Source of the DNA: Nymphaea colorata
Lineage: Eukaryota
Reading direction: 5' to 3'
NCBI RefSeq assembly: GCF_008831285.2
Contig: NC_045138.2
Location: 3,038,001 to 3,102,000 of the forward strand
DNA length: 64,000 bases
Part shown: positions 28,901 to 44,676 of the stretch, in pieces
Position numbering within the stretch: position 1 is the first letter of the stretch
Layout of the letters: each line of letters starts with the position of its first letter
Made by a program: the position numbers and the translations under genes
The notes under the pieces: model-generated
The model's database searches: none
The model's input: only the letters and a program-made list of their open reading frames with translations
Told to the model about the DNA's origin: nothing

Positions 28901-31900
28901 TGTAGATGTTCTACTTTTTTTTAGCAGATAAATGGATGGAGTCTTCTTTGACTTGAGACCTCTGCTATTCCTTTTTATTAGTTGTTCTTGTGGCACATCC
29001 TTTTCCTGTTTATTCACTTGGACCTACTTTCAGGGTCAAGTGGATTTCACAGACACGGAAACCTTGGAATTTTTGTTCAAGGACTATTGGCCTATATTAA
29101 AGGAAAAAGAAAAATTGTCAATAGATGATCTTCACAAAGCTGATGAAATTCTAAAGAAAACTTCCAAAGATACTAGGATTATTTTAGACAAAAACTCTGA
29201 CGATGACATGAAAACTGACAAAGAGTACTCACAAGAAGATGTTGAGACCATTGGCAGATCAGCTTTCAGAAGCAAGGGCACCTGCATTAGTAGCAAGGTC
29301 AAGAAAATTGTGCAAAGATACAAATCCAAAAAGAAGCAGTTTATAGGTTGGGGTTCAAAGGAGCTGATAGGCTTTCTACAATCGATTGGCAAAGCAACCG
29401 ACAAGGAGTTTTCTCAGGCTGAAGTATTTGAGATTGTTAAGGAATACATACAAGAAAACAAGCTGCTGAATCCTCACAAAAGAAAACGGGTTTTATGTGA
29501 CAGTAGGCTGCGTGCACTTTTTGGGAGAAAATCAATCAGCCGTCTTAAAATCAATGACTTGCTGGATCCACACTTTGCATCAAATGAAATGCCAGATGAT
29601 GAGGCCAGTTATAGTTCAGAAGATGAGAATGACAGAAAATGTCGAAAGCTGGGTTCTAACCAAAAGAGTGGCAAATCAGCATGGAAACGAAATACGATGG
29701 CAGCAGGAAAAAATGCATTTGCCTGCATAACTGTCAAAAATATCAGGGCAGTTTACCTAAAACGGAGTCTAGTTGAGGAATTCCTCAAATCTGTTGAGTC
29801 ATTTGATAGTAAAGTTACAGGTTGTTTCGTGAGAATCAGAAGTGATGCTAAAGCAATTCATAGAAGTTCTCATACACTTGTTCAAGTAACTGGTAAAGTC
29901 CTTTCCTTGGACCTCACATGTTCCCTTAATGTAACGTGCACCACATATATGTTGTCGCATGACAAAACACGCTCTTATTCATAGCCTCCTTATACTTTTA
30001 GTTTTATTGGAATAACCAGCTGGCTGGATTCTCTTTTTCTTTTCAGGCACAAAAAATCTAACAGAGAATTACAGAACAGGAAACATGCAAACAAACATAG
30101 TCCTGCTTGTGTCAGATTCAGATAAAGATATTCGTATTCACATGATCTCTGAGGATGAATTTACTGAGGTATGAACCAAAATGGCAAAAGGCTTTTTTGT
30201 GAGAAAGGTCTTCCATCATCAGGTTTTTTGCTAGCATCCAACACATTGGGGCAATTGAAACTTGAAATTTCTGTATCTTTCACATCCCTGATCCCACCGA
30301 TGCCTGTTTACTTTGCATCAGTCTCATCTATAAACAAAACATAGCATCTTACAATATTTCCTATCATATTATTTTGTCAAGTTTCTTATTTTTGAGATTT
30401 CATGCACAGGAAGAGTGTGAAGAACTTTGCCAGATTATGAGACAAGGTCTTGTTAAAAGGCCAACGGTGGTGAGTATCTTGATGTTTTGCATTCGTTTTA
30501 TACATGCATAACGAGCATGCTTGATTTTCTCAAGTGGTCCAGAGATTACATGGGACTACAGATATATGTTTTTTGCCTAAGGTTTGTTTGACAGGCTCAG
30601 CCAAGCTGAGTTCAAGCCTGTTATTTTATGGATCAAAAACATCCCAAGCTCGAGGCTGTGTGGCTTGCTTCTGCCCTAACTAGGAGGGAGAGTAAAGTAT
30701 GACCTTTAAAACCTGGCAGCACATTAGTTCAGTGTCTCATTGTTCATGAAGCAGGTAGGGAAGCAATCATTTTCCTCTAATTGCCACAAATGTTCAAACA
30801 GCAGAAAACACATTTTATTTGAAAAAAAACGTGAGAAAAACGAAAAAAAAAGTCAGCCGAAAAAAAAAAACGAAAAAACATGTTTTTTTGAAAAAAAAAG
30901 TCAAATGAAAAAAAACACAAAAAAATGCGTTTTATTCACATTTTATTTCCTTTGTTTGTTTTTTTTACATTTTTTACGTTTTTACGCGTTTGTTCCGTTT
31001 TTTCCTATTTTTTCATGTTTTTTATATATTTTAATTGCCAGATTCTTATTTTCATATTTTTCACATTTTATTTTTAGTTTTTTATCTTTTTTTAAATTTT
31101 GTTGAGATTCTCCTGAGAAAAACAACTTTGCTGTATTATATCTAAGAAAAACCTCGCTGTTTTATACCTGAAAACGATATTTGTGACAATGGTTCACAGT
31201 CCTCCATATGTGAAAAGACTAGCTATCTTTTGCTAGGGAAGCTGGTGGACCATGGATATTTCTGTTTGTTTGTTGTGTCCTTAGTTTGTTTTTTCCTGTT
31301 GGCATTTTTTGTGTGTTCTTTTTGTTTTTTGTTTTTTTTGGTTTCTTCATTGTTTATAGAATTGATCAGATGTCCTTTCTTTGCAGGAGGAGCTTGAGAG
31401 GAAGGTTTTTGATCTACACGAGGATATAACCAACCATGTACTTTGCTACTAGATCACTAAATCAAGATGCAAATTCATCGATTGCTTAGGCCCTGTTGTT
31501 CATTTATCTTCTATTTAATTGACAATACAGGCATTCTCTATCCTTCTCTGGTAGCTCTAACACTCTTCTGTTGTAAAAAATGTACTTACAGAGAATTAAG
31601 AAAGAGATAGTCCTGCTACAGAATTTGATGAAACGGGCAAATGAAAAGGGTTGGCGCAGAGAATATCCTTTCTTAGAAATTGATTTTTTATTTTAGACTG
31701 ACTGATCTGATCTCATTTTGTATATTTGCAATAATTGCTTTGAACGCTGTACTGTTTTCACCTAAAACCACAGATCATGTTCTAGGAATGAAATCATTAA
31801 ATGTAATTTCACAACTTCGTGACTTAAATAAAACATCTAAATAGACTTGGGAATAAAGATAATCTCATAAGATGTCCAACAAGAGTGTAGATGAGCTTCT

Positions 31901-33658
31901 TAGTGCTTTGGTCTCCTTGCAACAGGAAAACTTTGTGGTCTTCAGCTTTATTTTCTTATCTTACTTCAGAAGCCAGGCTTTAAAAAATGAAAAATATGGA
32001 TATATGTTTGCAACTTTAGGTTCACCAGCATATATCTATAGCAGCCCATCCTTGCTGAACCTGTAAAAAGACTTTTACCTGAATGGATTGAAATCAATGT
32101 GCTTGTATTTTTCTCCATGGAAAATTTATCAGGTTGATATATGAGCTAGGGAAAGAGATGTAAGGGAGTCAAAAAAGCTTGAACGAGAGAGACAGAGAAA
32201 AGCTTTGGCAGCTTATGACTGATAAAGTGGCATGTGGTGAGCATAGATTTTGAACACTAATAGAATGCCATGTCAATATTGTTTTCTTTCTACCCAAAGC
32301 GGAACTCACATATCTTGCATCAAAGTTTTGGCATGAGCACCTTACCTGATTTGATAATACTTACAGTTAATTTGTGGTTTCCCTTAATTAATTTCTTCTC
32401 TCTATAAGCTCATGGAGTATGCTGAAAAATTGGAAATACTTCAGAGACCTGATGAACAAGCACGGCTAGTGCAGGAGCTCCCAACTATTGTTGCAGACGC
32501 AGAAACTGAGGTTCTTGTTGTTGCCACTGAAATCAAGACTCCTGATCATGGGGGTAAAGAAGCAGAAAATGCCAACACTGCTGTTCAGAGACAAGTTCCT
32601 GAAAGTGAAGGCAATATCACTGAAATTGCAAATGTTACTGCAAAAAGAGAAACAGGCACTGCCATGCTCATAATTAACACAGAACCCACTGAAGGTGAAG
32701 CAGAGGGCTTTAATATTAGTTTATTGAACTTTATCCTAATTTACAACTAGTGTTTCAGAATCTTAGGTTGCTTAAGAATCTAGTAATTGTAAATGGTCTT
32801 GTTGCAGTCGTTAAAACATTGTTAGGAGCCACAACTACCTTGAAATATTTCTCTCTTTTCTTGATGTGTCCGTGTTCAGTTCCTGAAAATGAAGGCAATA
32901 TCTATGAAATTGCGATTGTTACTGCAAAAGGAGAAAGTGACACTGCCACTGTCATCATTAACATAGAATCTCCTGAAGGTGAAGCTGGGGCTTCAATATT
33001 AGTTTATTCTGTTTAACAGCTAGTGTTTCACGATCTTAGGTTACTTAAGGATCTAGTAAAAATGTCCATGTTGTAGTCGTTAAAACATTATCAGGAGCCA
33101 CAATTACCTTGAAATGTCTCTCTTTTCTTGACGTGTCCGCGTTCTGTTAGAGGAAATTGGAAAGAATGAAATTTTGCTTCATGAAACTTAAATGCATTTC
33201 CTGGTACTGTTGCAGGCAACGTTCCTATTGATCCCACCATGAAACTTCAGTTATCATCTGCTGATGCTGATGATGAGAAGAGTCACCAGAAAAAGCGATC
33301 TGCTGATGGTGACCATGGTGACGGTTGCCTAGAAAAAGCATCTACCGGTGTTGATAGCTCTAACTTTCACCAGCATTCTACTATAGTAGAAGAAACCCAA
33401 GAAAGAAAATCTCCAATCAGTGAGCATGAAACACTACGTCTGGAAAAAGGGGGTGGTGCAGAGGGTGAAAGTGCACTCTGGATGTATGGCGACCCCTCGG
33501 GGGCTATCCAAGGGCCATTTTCGCTTGAAGAACTAAGAGAATGGTATGAAGAAGGCTATTTTGCGGCAGATTTCAAGGTTTGGAAAAAAGATCAATCACA
33601 AGTAGATGCTTTTTTTTTGGTTGATGTGCTCCGCCAAGAGGCTGTGAAGCCCCAATAG
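25903..33658 (+). CDS. PHD finger-SWIB/MDM2-Plus3-GYF domain protein (NERD/At5g08430-like), ~781 aa, 11 exons
   Basis: Exons 25903-25988, 26708-26787, 27076-27263, 29034-29892, 30047-30168, 30410-30469, 31387-31437, 31592-31662, 32408-32694, 32880-32978, 33216-33658 (2346 nt, in frame). PHD EDVCFFCKDGGELRICD..CLKAYH..C; SWIB FIGWGSKEL..YIQENKL..CDSRLR.LFG; Plus3 NI..VYLKRSLVE..K V.G.FVRI; GYF W.Y.DPSG.IQGPFSL..L.W...GYF. Intron 8 is U12-type. Confidence 0.92.
27918..28461. mobile_element. long-TIR foldback element (MULE-like MITE) in intron 3
   Basis: Arms ~27918-28156 and ~28225-28461 are reverse complements. For example, 28057-28079 AAATAAATACAACAGAGTATCTA pairs exactly with 28314-28336. 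The loop contains (TG)n. Confidence 0.8.
30780..31194. mobile_element. AT-rich foldback MITE (ATTGYCACAAAT...ATTTGTGACAAT) in intron 6
   Basis: Inverted ends with an A-rich left half and T-rich right half. Explains the spurious ORF 30740-31105. Confidence 0.65.
31663..32407 (+). other. U12-type (minor spliceosome) intron, AT-AA termini
   Basis: 5' site ATATCCTTT follows ...GWRR-GA. U12 branch motif TTTCCCTTAAT at 32378-32388. Frame is restored (GA|G CTC ATG GAG TAT = ELMEY) only with the 3' end at ..CTATAA 32407. Confidence 0.85.
32594..33144 (+). repeat. tandem duplication (~270-285 bp) of the 3' part of exon 9 plus the following intron
   Basis: Copy 1 32594-32877, copy 2 32878-33144. Peptides VPESEGNITEIANVTAK..IINTEPTEG and VPENEGNIYEIAIVTAK..IINIESPEG; the intronic parts also align. 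Confidence 0.95.
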
Positions 33659-34964
33659 CTCAGGTGGAATCTACTGTGAAATCTTGTATCTGGTTGGTTT
33701 TTTTTGCACAGGTGCCATATGGCTGAAATATAGGTAGACTCGCTTCTTGTAGCATACTGAAGTCTTTGCTGCTTTTCAGCTCGAATTTTTGTCTTTCAAA
33801 TTGTACAGTGTCAAGGGATCCTAACTTGGGAGATCTTGTGCTATTGACATGTAAAAGCAGCTACGGGAGCTTGTAAATCTGTGAATTGATTGTCAGAAAT
33901 CCAGATTTAGCCGTCTGATATGGTGGCACCCTTCTGTTTCATTTGATACATCCTTTTAGCTTTCTTTCCGCCCATCAGCTGATAGTTGTTCTTTTTGGAA
34001 CTTTAGCTACTCAAAGTTATGTTACGTGAATGTGTGTGTTGGAGAGAACTTGAACCACATCGCTGTTGTTGTAAGATCACAGGTCCTATTCTTGGTCAGC
34101 CAGGGCATTGATTCTTTGGATTGGCATAAATTGGCAAAATATATCATAATATTCATTTTTTGAAAAAAAAAAGTGATATAAACAACAAAATCGAAGTTAT
34201 TTAAAAATAAACTCAAGCGGCAGCTGGCATCTGCAACTGAATTTGAATCAGCTTTCTATATCACTGCTAAAGGCCAATATATGCCCTTGAAAGACCCTTT
34301 AATTGCAACGACAATGAAACAGTAACCAGTAAATGGGTGGTTTTGGTGGAGCTTCTTGTTATTAAGTTGCAAAGGTTGCTAATAAAAGCAGGGGCCTCAT
34401 TCTCCTGAAGCCTTTCACTGGAAATGCACCTTAAAGCTGTTCTTCAACTCCTACTCACTAAAGACTTTAGTTTTCATGAGAATGATTGCTGGTGGAAGCT
34501 TCGTAATTCATTTGAATAGCAAACTATTTCTTTCTTTCTTTCTCATGGTAAAACATGAGAAAATATATCAAAATTAAGAATTAGGATGTTATTGCTTACT
34601 TTCTCATGTACCTTGGTTTCATATTTGAAAGCAATAATTTTTTTCCTTTTTGGGTTTAGAGTACAAATTTTACCAGTTTATGCCAGGACACTGTAATGAA
34701 AAGTTGACCTCTTTGAACTTGAAGGTTTTAAATTTAGAACCCCAACCAAGTGAACAAAGTTCTTGTTGAATTCCAATATAACATTATAACGTGCCCAGTG
34801 CCCTATGTTTTTTTTAAGCAATCATCTAGTTGCTTTTATACGTATCCAAAAGGATTAATCCGCAAGCAAATTAACTGGGAGAAAACCAAAAAGAACAATT
34901 TAATACGAATGGAATTGCCATTGGATGTTCAATTGACTTGCCTAAGCTCAAGCGGGGCTCGTTC

Positions 34965-35396
34965 TATTCGACTTGAATTGGAAATCCGATCAGAAACAAT
35001 TAGGTATGAAAAAAATTTAACATCCTATTAAAAAATCGGATCGGTTTCTGATTTAAGAAATGACATTCGAATATATTTGAATTCAAATACACATAAATAT
35101 CCTATTGAATTCGGATATAGATTCGGATCAGATTTATTTTTAGACAAATGTCCTATATCTAATGCTTTTACATTTTTACAACTCGTCAAATTCTGTTCAA
35201 AATTTGAATTTGGATTTAGATATGAATATAAAAATCAGATTCAGATTGAATTTAGATTGTGAAATCAGATTTTGGATTCAGATATGAATATGACTTTTCA
35301 TTATTTATATTCAAATCCAAATATGTAAATATCCAAAAAAACAAATATAGTAGTTAATGGTATATTTAATTCAAATGTGATACATTGACATCCCTA
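34965..35396. mobile_element. hAT-like MITE with GGAT(T)CGGAT repeats; inverted relative of 61523-61974
   Basis: Right end TTGACATCCCTA; the interior is the reverse complement of the 61523-61974 element. Left TIR not seen. Confidence 0.75.
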
Positions 35397-36173
35397 GTTT
35401 TGAACTTAAGATGACTGGATTCACCAGGTTAAGCTTTAATGGCCATGATGATCCTACTTAGGAATTTTTTATCAAGAGGGCGAAACTATAGCTTCAAAAT
35501 TTTAATAGGGGCTCAATTACATTTTTTTCAAAATTTTAATATAAGTTAAAACTAAAATTCTTAAGACTTATAAGCAAAACTTTCAAATGCCAGCCCCCCT
35601 CGCGTCTGCCCCCTATATTGGCCGTCACTCAGGAGGCGGGCGATAAGCAGTTGAATTTTCTTTGATATATCTTTCTGTCAAAAATTTAACCACTGTACCG
35701 GAAACCATCAAACTATGAAAAGAAATTTCGGAATAAGGGCGGAATGAATAGGATTTCAATTAAAGACCTTAAACCAAATCTCAACCTTATCATGTTGCCT
35801 GAATTCTACCGGAATTCCTGTAAAGCTTAGTGATCGGAGCTCACTCTTAATTAAAAGAAAGTATGAAGATAAGCTCGAACAAGTTCAGTGTTCATCTCCA
35901 TCAAGCCAACCTGTCGAGCCGGCTCATTCAACTGACTTCCTAAAGTCATAATTCACCAAAAACCTTTTTCTAGTTCAATGTACTATAAAATCGGCAGGGA
36001 ATCCATGGTCACTGCTTCTCTTTATCGACCCCTAAATATCTGCTGCAGAGATTTGTGGTCGTTTCAAATGCAGATTTTTATTGAGATAGTATTACAAAAA
36101 TTTAAAAAGGCCATGCATTTTACCTAACACTGCAACGAAGACTGGTAGGCGAGAAATTTGATGACAAGATGCC

Positions 36174-36217
<44 letters not shown>

Positions 36218-36470
36218 CCTGTTATTGGGCGAGCCTGGCTCCTGCAGAAACCGCCTATCTTTGGCTCGGAACAGAAGGCTCCGAAGAACTTCGAATACCT
36301 TCTCTCTGCCTGCAAATTCTGCACGAAGGTCAACTGGTTCGTCCCCTTTTGGTCTCTCATCCCTGACACCATATTTCATCGCCAGTATCGCAAAAGAAGC
36401 CTAGGTTGGACACTTTTCCAGAACCACCGACTTATCTTGCCGCTTGGGAGATCAGGACCATCTGGGAGCC

Positions 36471-36956
36471 ATGACTCCACCAAAATCCTTGTTGGGTCTC
36501 CTTCTGATCGCCGGATTCTTGTTGAGTTTCGCCAGATCCCACCAGAACCTGACCGCGTATGAGGTGCTGGAGAGTTATAACTTCCCCAAAGGAATCCTTC
36601 CCAAGGGAGTGAAGGACTACGTTTTTAATGAAGATGGGAGCTTCGTGGCTTATCTCGACGGTTCCTGTAAGTTTGGTATCGAGGCGGGCTACACATTGAA
36701 CTACGGTAGCAAGATCACGGGCGTCCTGAAATATGGCTCGCTGAAGAACTTGCAGGGCGTGAGCGTGAGGGTCCTGTTCGTCTGGTTGGGCATCTGGGAG
36801 GTCAGCAGGGGAGACGAGCAACTGGACTTCTACGTAGGTCCTGTCTCTGCGTCCTTCCCTCTTTCGAATTTCTACGTCTGTCCACGGTGCGGGTGCGGCC
36901 TCGATTGCGACGACGACGACGATGGTGATAGTAAAGTGGCCATTGCGGATTCTTAG
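36471..36956 (+). CDS. DUF538 family protein (At5g01610-like) with signal peptide, 161 aa, intronless
   Basis: ATG at 36471 (the ORF-track start 36444 is TTG). Hydrophobic N-terminus; motifs TAYEVL..YNFPKGILP.GV..Y, L.GVSV.VLFVW..I.EV, LDFYVG..SASFP..NF...P.CGCG.DC. Confidence 0.93.
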   Translation: MTPPKSLLGLLLIAGFLLSFARSHQNLTAYEVLESYNFPKGILPKGVKDYVFNEDGSFVAYLDGSCKFGIEAGYTLNYGSKITGVLKYGSLKNLQGVSVRVLFVWLGIWEVSRGDEQLDFYVGPVSASFPLSNFYVCPRCGCGLDCDDDDDGDSKVAIADS

Positions 36957-37108
36957 TTTGTCTTCTTCTGTTATTTTTTTGCTTTTTCCTCTGTTTTTTC
37001 TTCTATGGGGAATTCTTGGATGGGTATCTTAGAACAACTCGCAAGAACCTTTCCTTATTTTGGGTTCCAATGCTTTTACTTCTGCTCCATTTTAGATGGG
37101 AATTAAGT

Positions 37109-37543
37109 TGGATCGTCATGGAATTATTGCGTGAAACTCTGTTTCGATCGGTGTAAATAAGTGCAAAATGGTTTAACTAGTTTTGAAGCCATGACAAGAA
37201 ACTTGAAAGATTTGATATTACATGGATCATTCATGGAATTATTGCGTGAAACTCTGTTTCGATCGGTGTAATATCACATGATGCTTTACATGGTTCAGTT
37301 TAAAGCTTAGTGTTTCTCTTCTGTGGTTTGAATCCAACAATGGATTAATGGTTTTCTAAGCTTTGTTTTGAAGCCATGACAAGAAACTTGAAAGATTTGA
37401 TATTACATGGATCGTTCATGGAATTATTGCGTGTAACGCTGTTTCGATTGGTGTAATATCACATGATGCTTTACATGGTTCAGTTTTAGTGTTTCTCTTT
37501 CTGTGGTTTGAATCCGATAATGGATTAATGGTTTCTAAGCTTT
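37109..37543. repeat. 185-bp tandem duplication plus partial third copy downstream of DUF538
   Basis: Copies 37180-37364 and 37365-37543; partial copy 37109-37156 (CATGGAATTATTGCGTGAAACTCTGTTTCGATCGGTGTAA). Confidence 0.92.
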
Positions 37544-38159
37544 CTTCATTTGGAAATTTGTTCCTAATTCTTGTTCTATGTGATTTCTTAATGAGTGTTT
37601 CTATTTGATGTCTCTATTTGTAATGTGAAGAAGAATTTGGATTTATGTGTTTAGCCTCACGTGGGACTTTCCGCATTCTCCCTTTCCGTTCAAAGATTTT
37701 GAAAGGAAAAAAGAAGTGTCTTGGCCTTACCAAAATCACTTTGTTCTGGTCCTTGTTTTGATCCTGGACAGAACTATGTGAACATGTCCTTGCACATTAT
37801 ACTACTTTTTCTTTTACCTTCTCTGTTATTGTCCATCTTACATTTATTCCTCTGACTCTTCCATCTGTGAAATGCAAAACTATTTTGTGAGGCTGGAATA
37901 GCTGACTCAATTGAATGCATGAGTTTGGCCTGATTCTTTTGAAAATCGCAGCACATTGATCTGTGGAACTCTTTAATGCTGTTGACACCTAGTAATAACT
38001 AATAACAATGTATTTTGATCTTGATACAGGGCTGCGTCAACATATAAAAACAGAAATGGTTTGCTCATTGAATTAACCCGGACTTTTTGCAAACACTCCT
38101 GTTGTTTAACTTCTTTGTACGTCTTTTTTCAGTCTGTTAATGTACTGAAACATGCAAAG

Positions 38160-38530
38160 AATTCATTGATGTTGGAGGCGTCCTGTGTTCTATGTGACAA
38201 GGAGAATAGAGACGCCCCTCCGATTCTTTTTGGTCATTTTCATTTATCCGAGACAGCAAGAGTCAACAGGAGGAGCCCTTTCCAATGAAGGCTACACATT
38301 CTTGCAGCAGAAGCTGCCTGAATGAGGTTGGAGCTTCTCAAATTCATAATGGGCAGCATCCATGTTCTGTAGTGTTGTTTCCTATCTCTTGAGTAGCTTC
38401 TTACTTCATGCCACAGAGCCCTAAAATCTCGAGGAATCATCCTCTAAGAAGATCTGTTCTTTTGGAAGATAAGCCGAGTAGGAAGTGAGATGGAGCCTAT
38501 GGATGAACGGGACTTCGGAAGATAGTAGAG
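38160..38530 (+). mobile_element. possible LINE 3' remnant (zf-RVT and W.LW.ERN region)
   Basis: ASCVLCDKENRDAPPILF resembles C.LC...E...HLF; downstream VRWSLW-(ER) resembles W.IW.ERN. Highly degenerate. Confidence 0.4.
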
Positions 38531-40103
38531 GATGTAGAACTCTGTTGTCTTTCTCGGACGTCCATATGTCTCCTTTAGTAAGACTCTAAACCGGTTGGTG
38601 GAATTTCGGTTTATGGGGAATCACGACGCCAACTTCCTTCTTTCATGTCTGTATGTAAGGGAAACATACAAAAATATTATTATCTTCCAGCATAGGAAGT
38701 GATCAGATCATCTCTTGGCCAACAAAATGAAGGAGATTTCTGCAAAGCCTCAAACTTCTGTGTCCTCTCAACAAATTTTCTCAAACATTTGGGCAATGAA
38801 ATTAAGGTGGTTGGTAATCTGTTCACTAGGGAATAATATACCAACTGTCAGCGACAATTAGGTGGAAGGATTCTGAACCGCTGCATTATGCAACACAATT
38901 TAAAAGTTTATTTATCAAGTTTTTTTTTTGCTGATTTTAGTATTGGAGTCTAATTGAATAAAAGAGGAGAATGTTATATGTGAAAAAGAAAAAAAAGGTG
39001 GGGCAAAGACTACCTTAGGTGTCTTGGTTTGGGTCTCTAGGGTTTCAATGACATAGCTTTCATGGAGGCTCTCCATAGCCGTTGGTGCACGACGCTTCAT
39101 TGACAGGTGTTCCGCTCCCCACTCAAGTCCGAAAAGCAGTCATGAACCTTGAGAATAAAGGAAAAAGAGGAAGGGCTTCAACCTCCTTGGGGTATCTTCT
39201 CCCCAGCCACTCCCCCCTTCCATAATTGTCGTCTATCTTTCACTTAGGTCCCACCCAGGTTCAACTTTTACCTAACTCGATGCAATTGGACTCCATATAG
39301 TATGATTTGGGCTCGAACTTGGATCTTATTTTTAAACTAACTTTGAATTTTGCTAGCATAAGCTCCAACATTTATATCTAACCGAGTTGGTATCAGGTAC
39401 AGATTCAATTATGAAACTGCATACTTGAATTTAAATCAGACTGATAACTGGGACCAAATATTTTTACTATATCTGATTCAATGAATTTGAAATCAGATTG
39501 ATTAATCTGATATATCCAAATACATTTACATCCTAGCCTCATGGACAAGAAAAGAACAGATCGTCATAAACATTTGATGTGTCCAACTTCATGCGTAAGG
39601 TTTGAACTTCCGATGAAACACATTCAGCCTCCTCTTTATGTTGGAGAAAACGTTCCTCATCTTCCAAAAAATACAAAGGGAAAAAGCGAGAGAAATTATT
39701 TTAGAGAATAAATGAAGCAAGGAAATAGAATAGGTATGTTTAGATAAAGAAAATATGACTTCTTCTCTCTTCTTTTTTTGCAATAAACTTGCAAAAGATG
39801 GAACTTTATTGAGATATTTTCAAAATATTGGAGATACTGCGTTACAACATAGTAGATTGCAATTGAATCATATACTCAACATGGCATCTCATGCGGTCAA
39901 CTATTTTAAGAGGCGAGAAGTTTGTGCAGATTAAACACTAAATACAAACAGTGAAGGAAAATGGCAATGCTGGAAAAAAAAAATACAACAAATGGACCGG
40001 AATAATAATGTTTGCACTGGCTCATAAAAGTTATTAACACTAATGTATCTCCAAGGAAGCAACAAGTCTTTCAATTGATCTCCCAAAATAAATAATCAGA
40101 TCA

Positions 40104-44645
<4,542 letters not shown>

Positions 44646-44676
44646 GTTATCGTCAGCTTGTCAAGGCATTCCATAC

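Noticed and set aside
30740..31105. 121-aa Lys/Phe-rich ORF
   Set aside because: Translation of the A-rich and T-rich halves of an intronic MITE.
36432..36821. 129-aa antisense ORF over DUF538, and overlapping ORFs at 54169-54951
   Set aside because: Shadow frames of GC-rich coding exons with no independent motifs.
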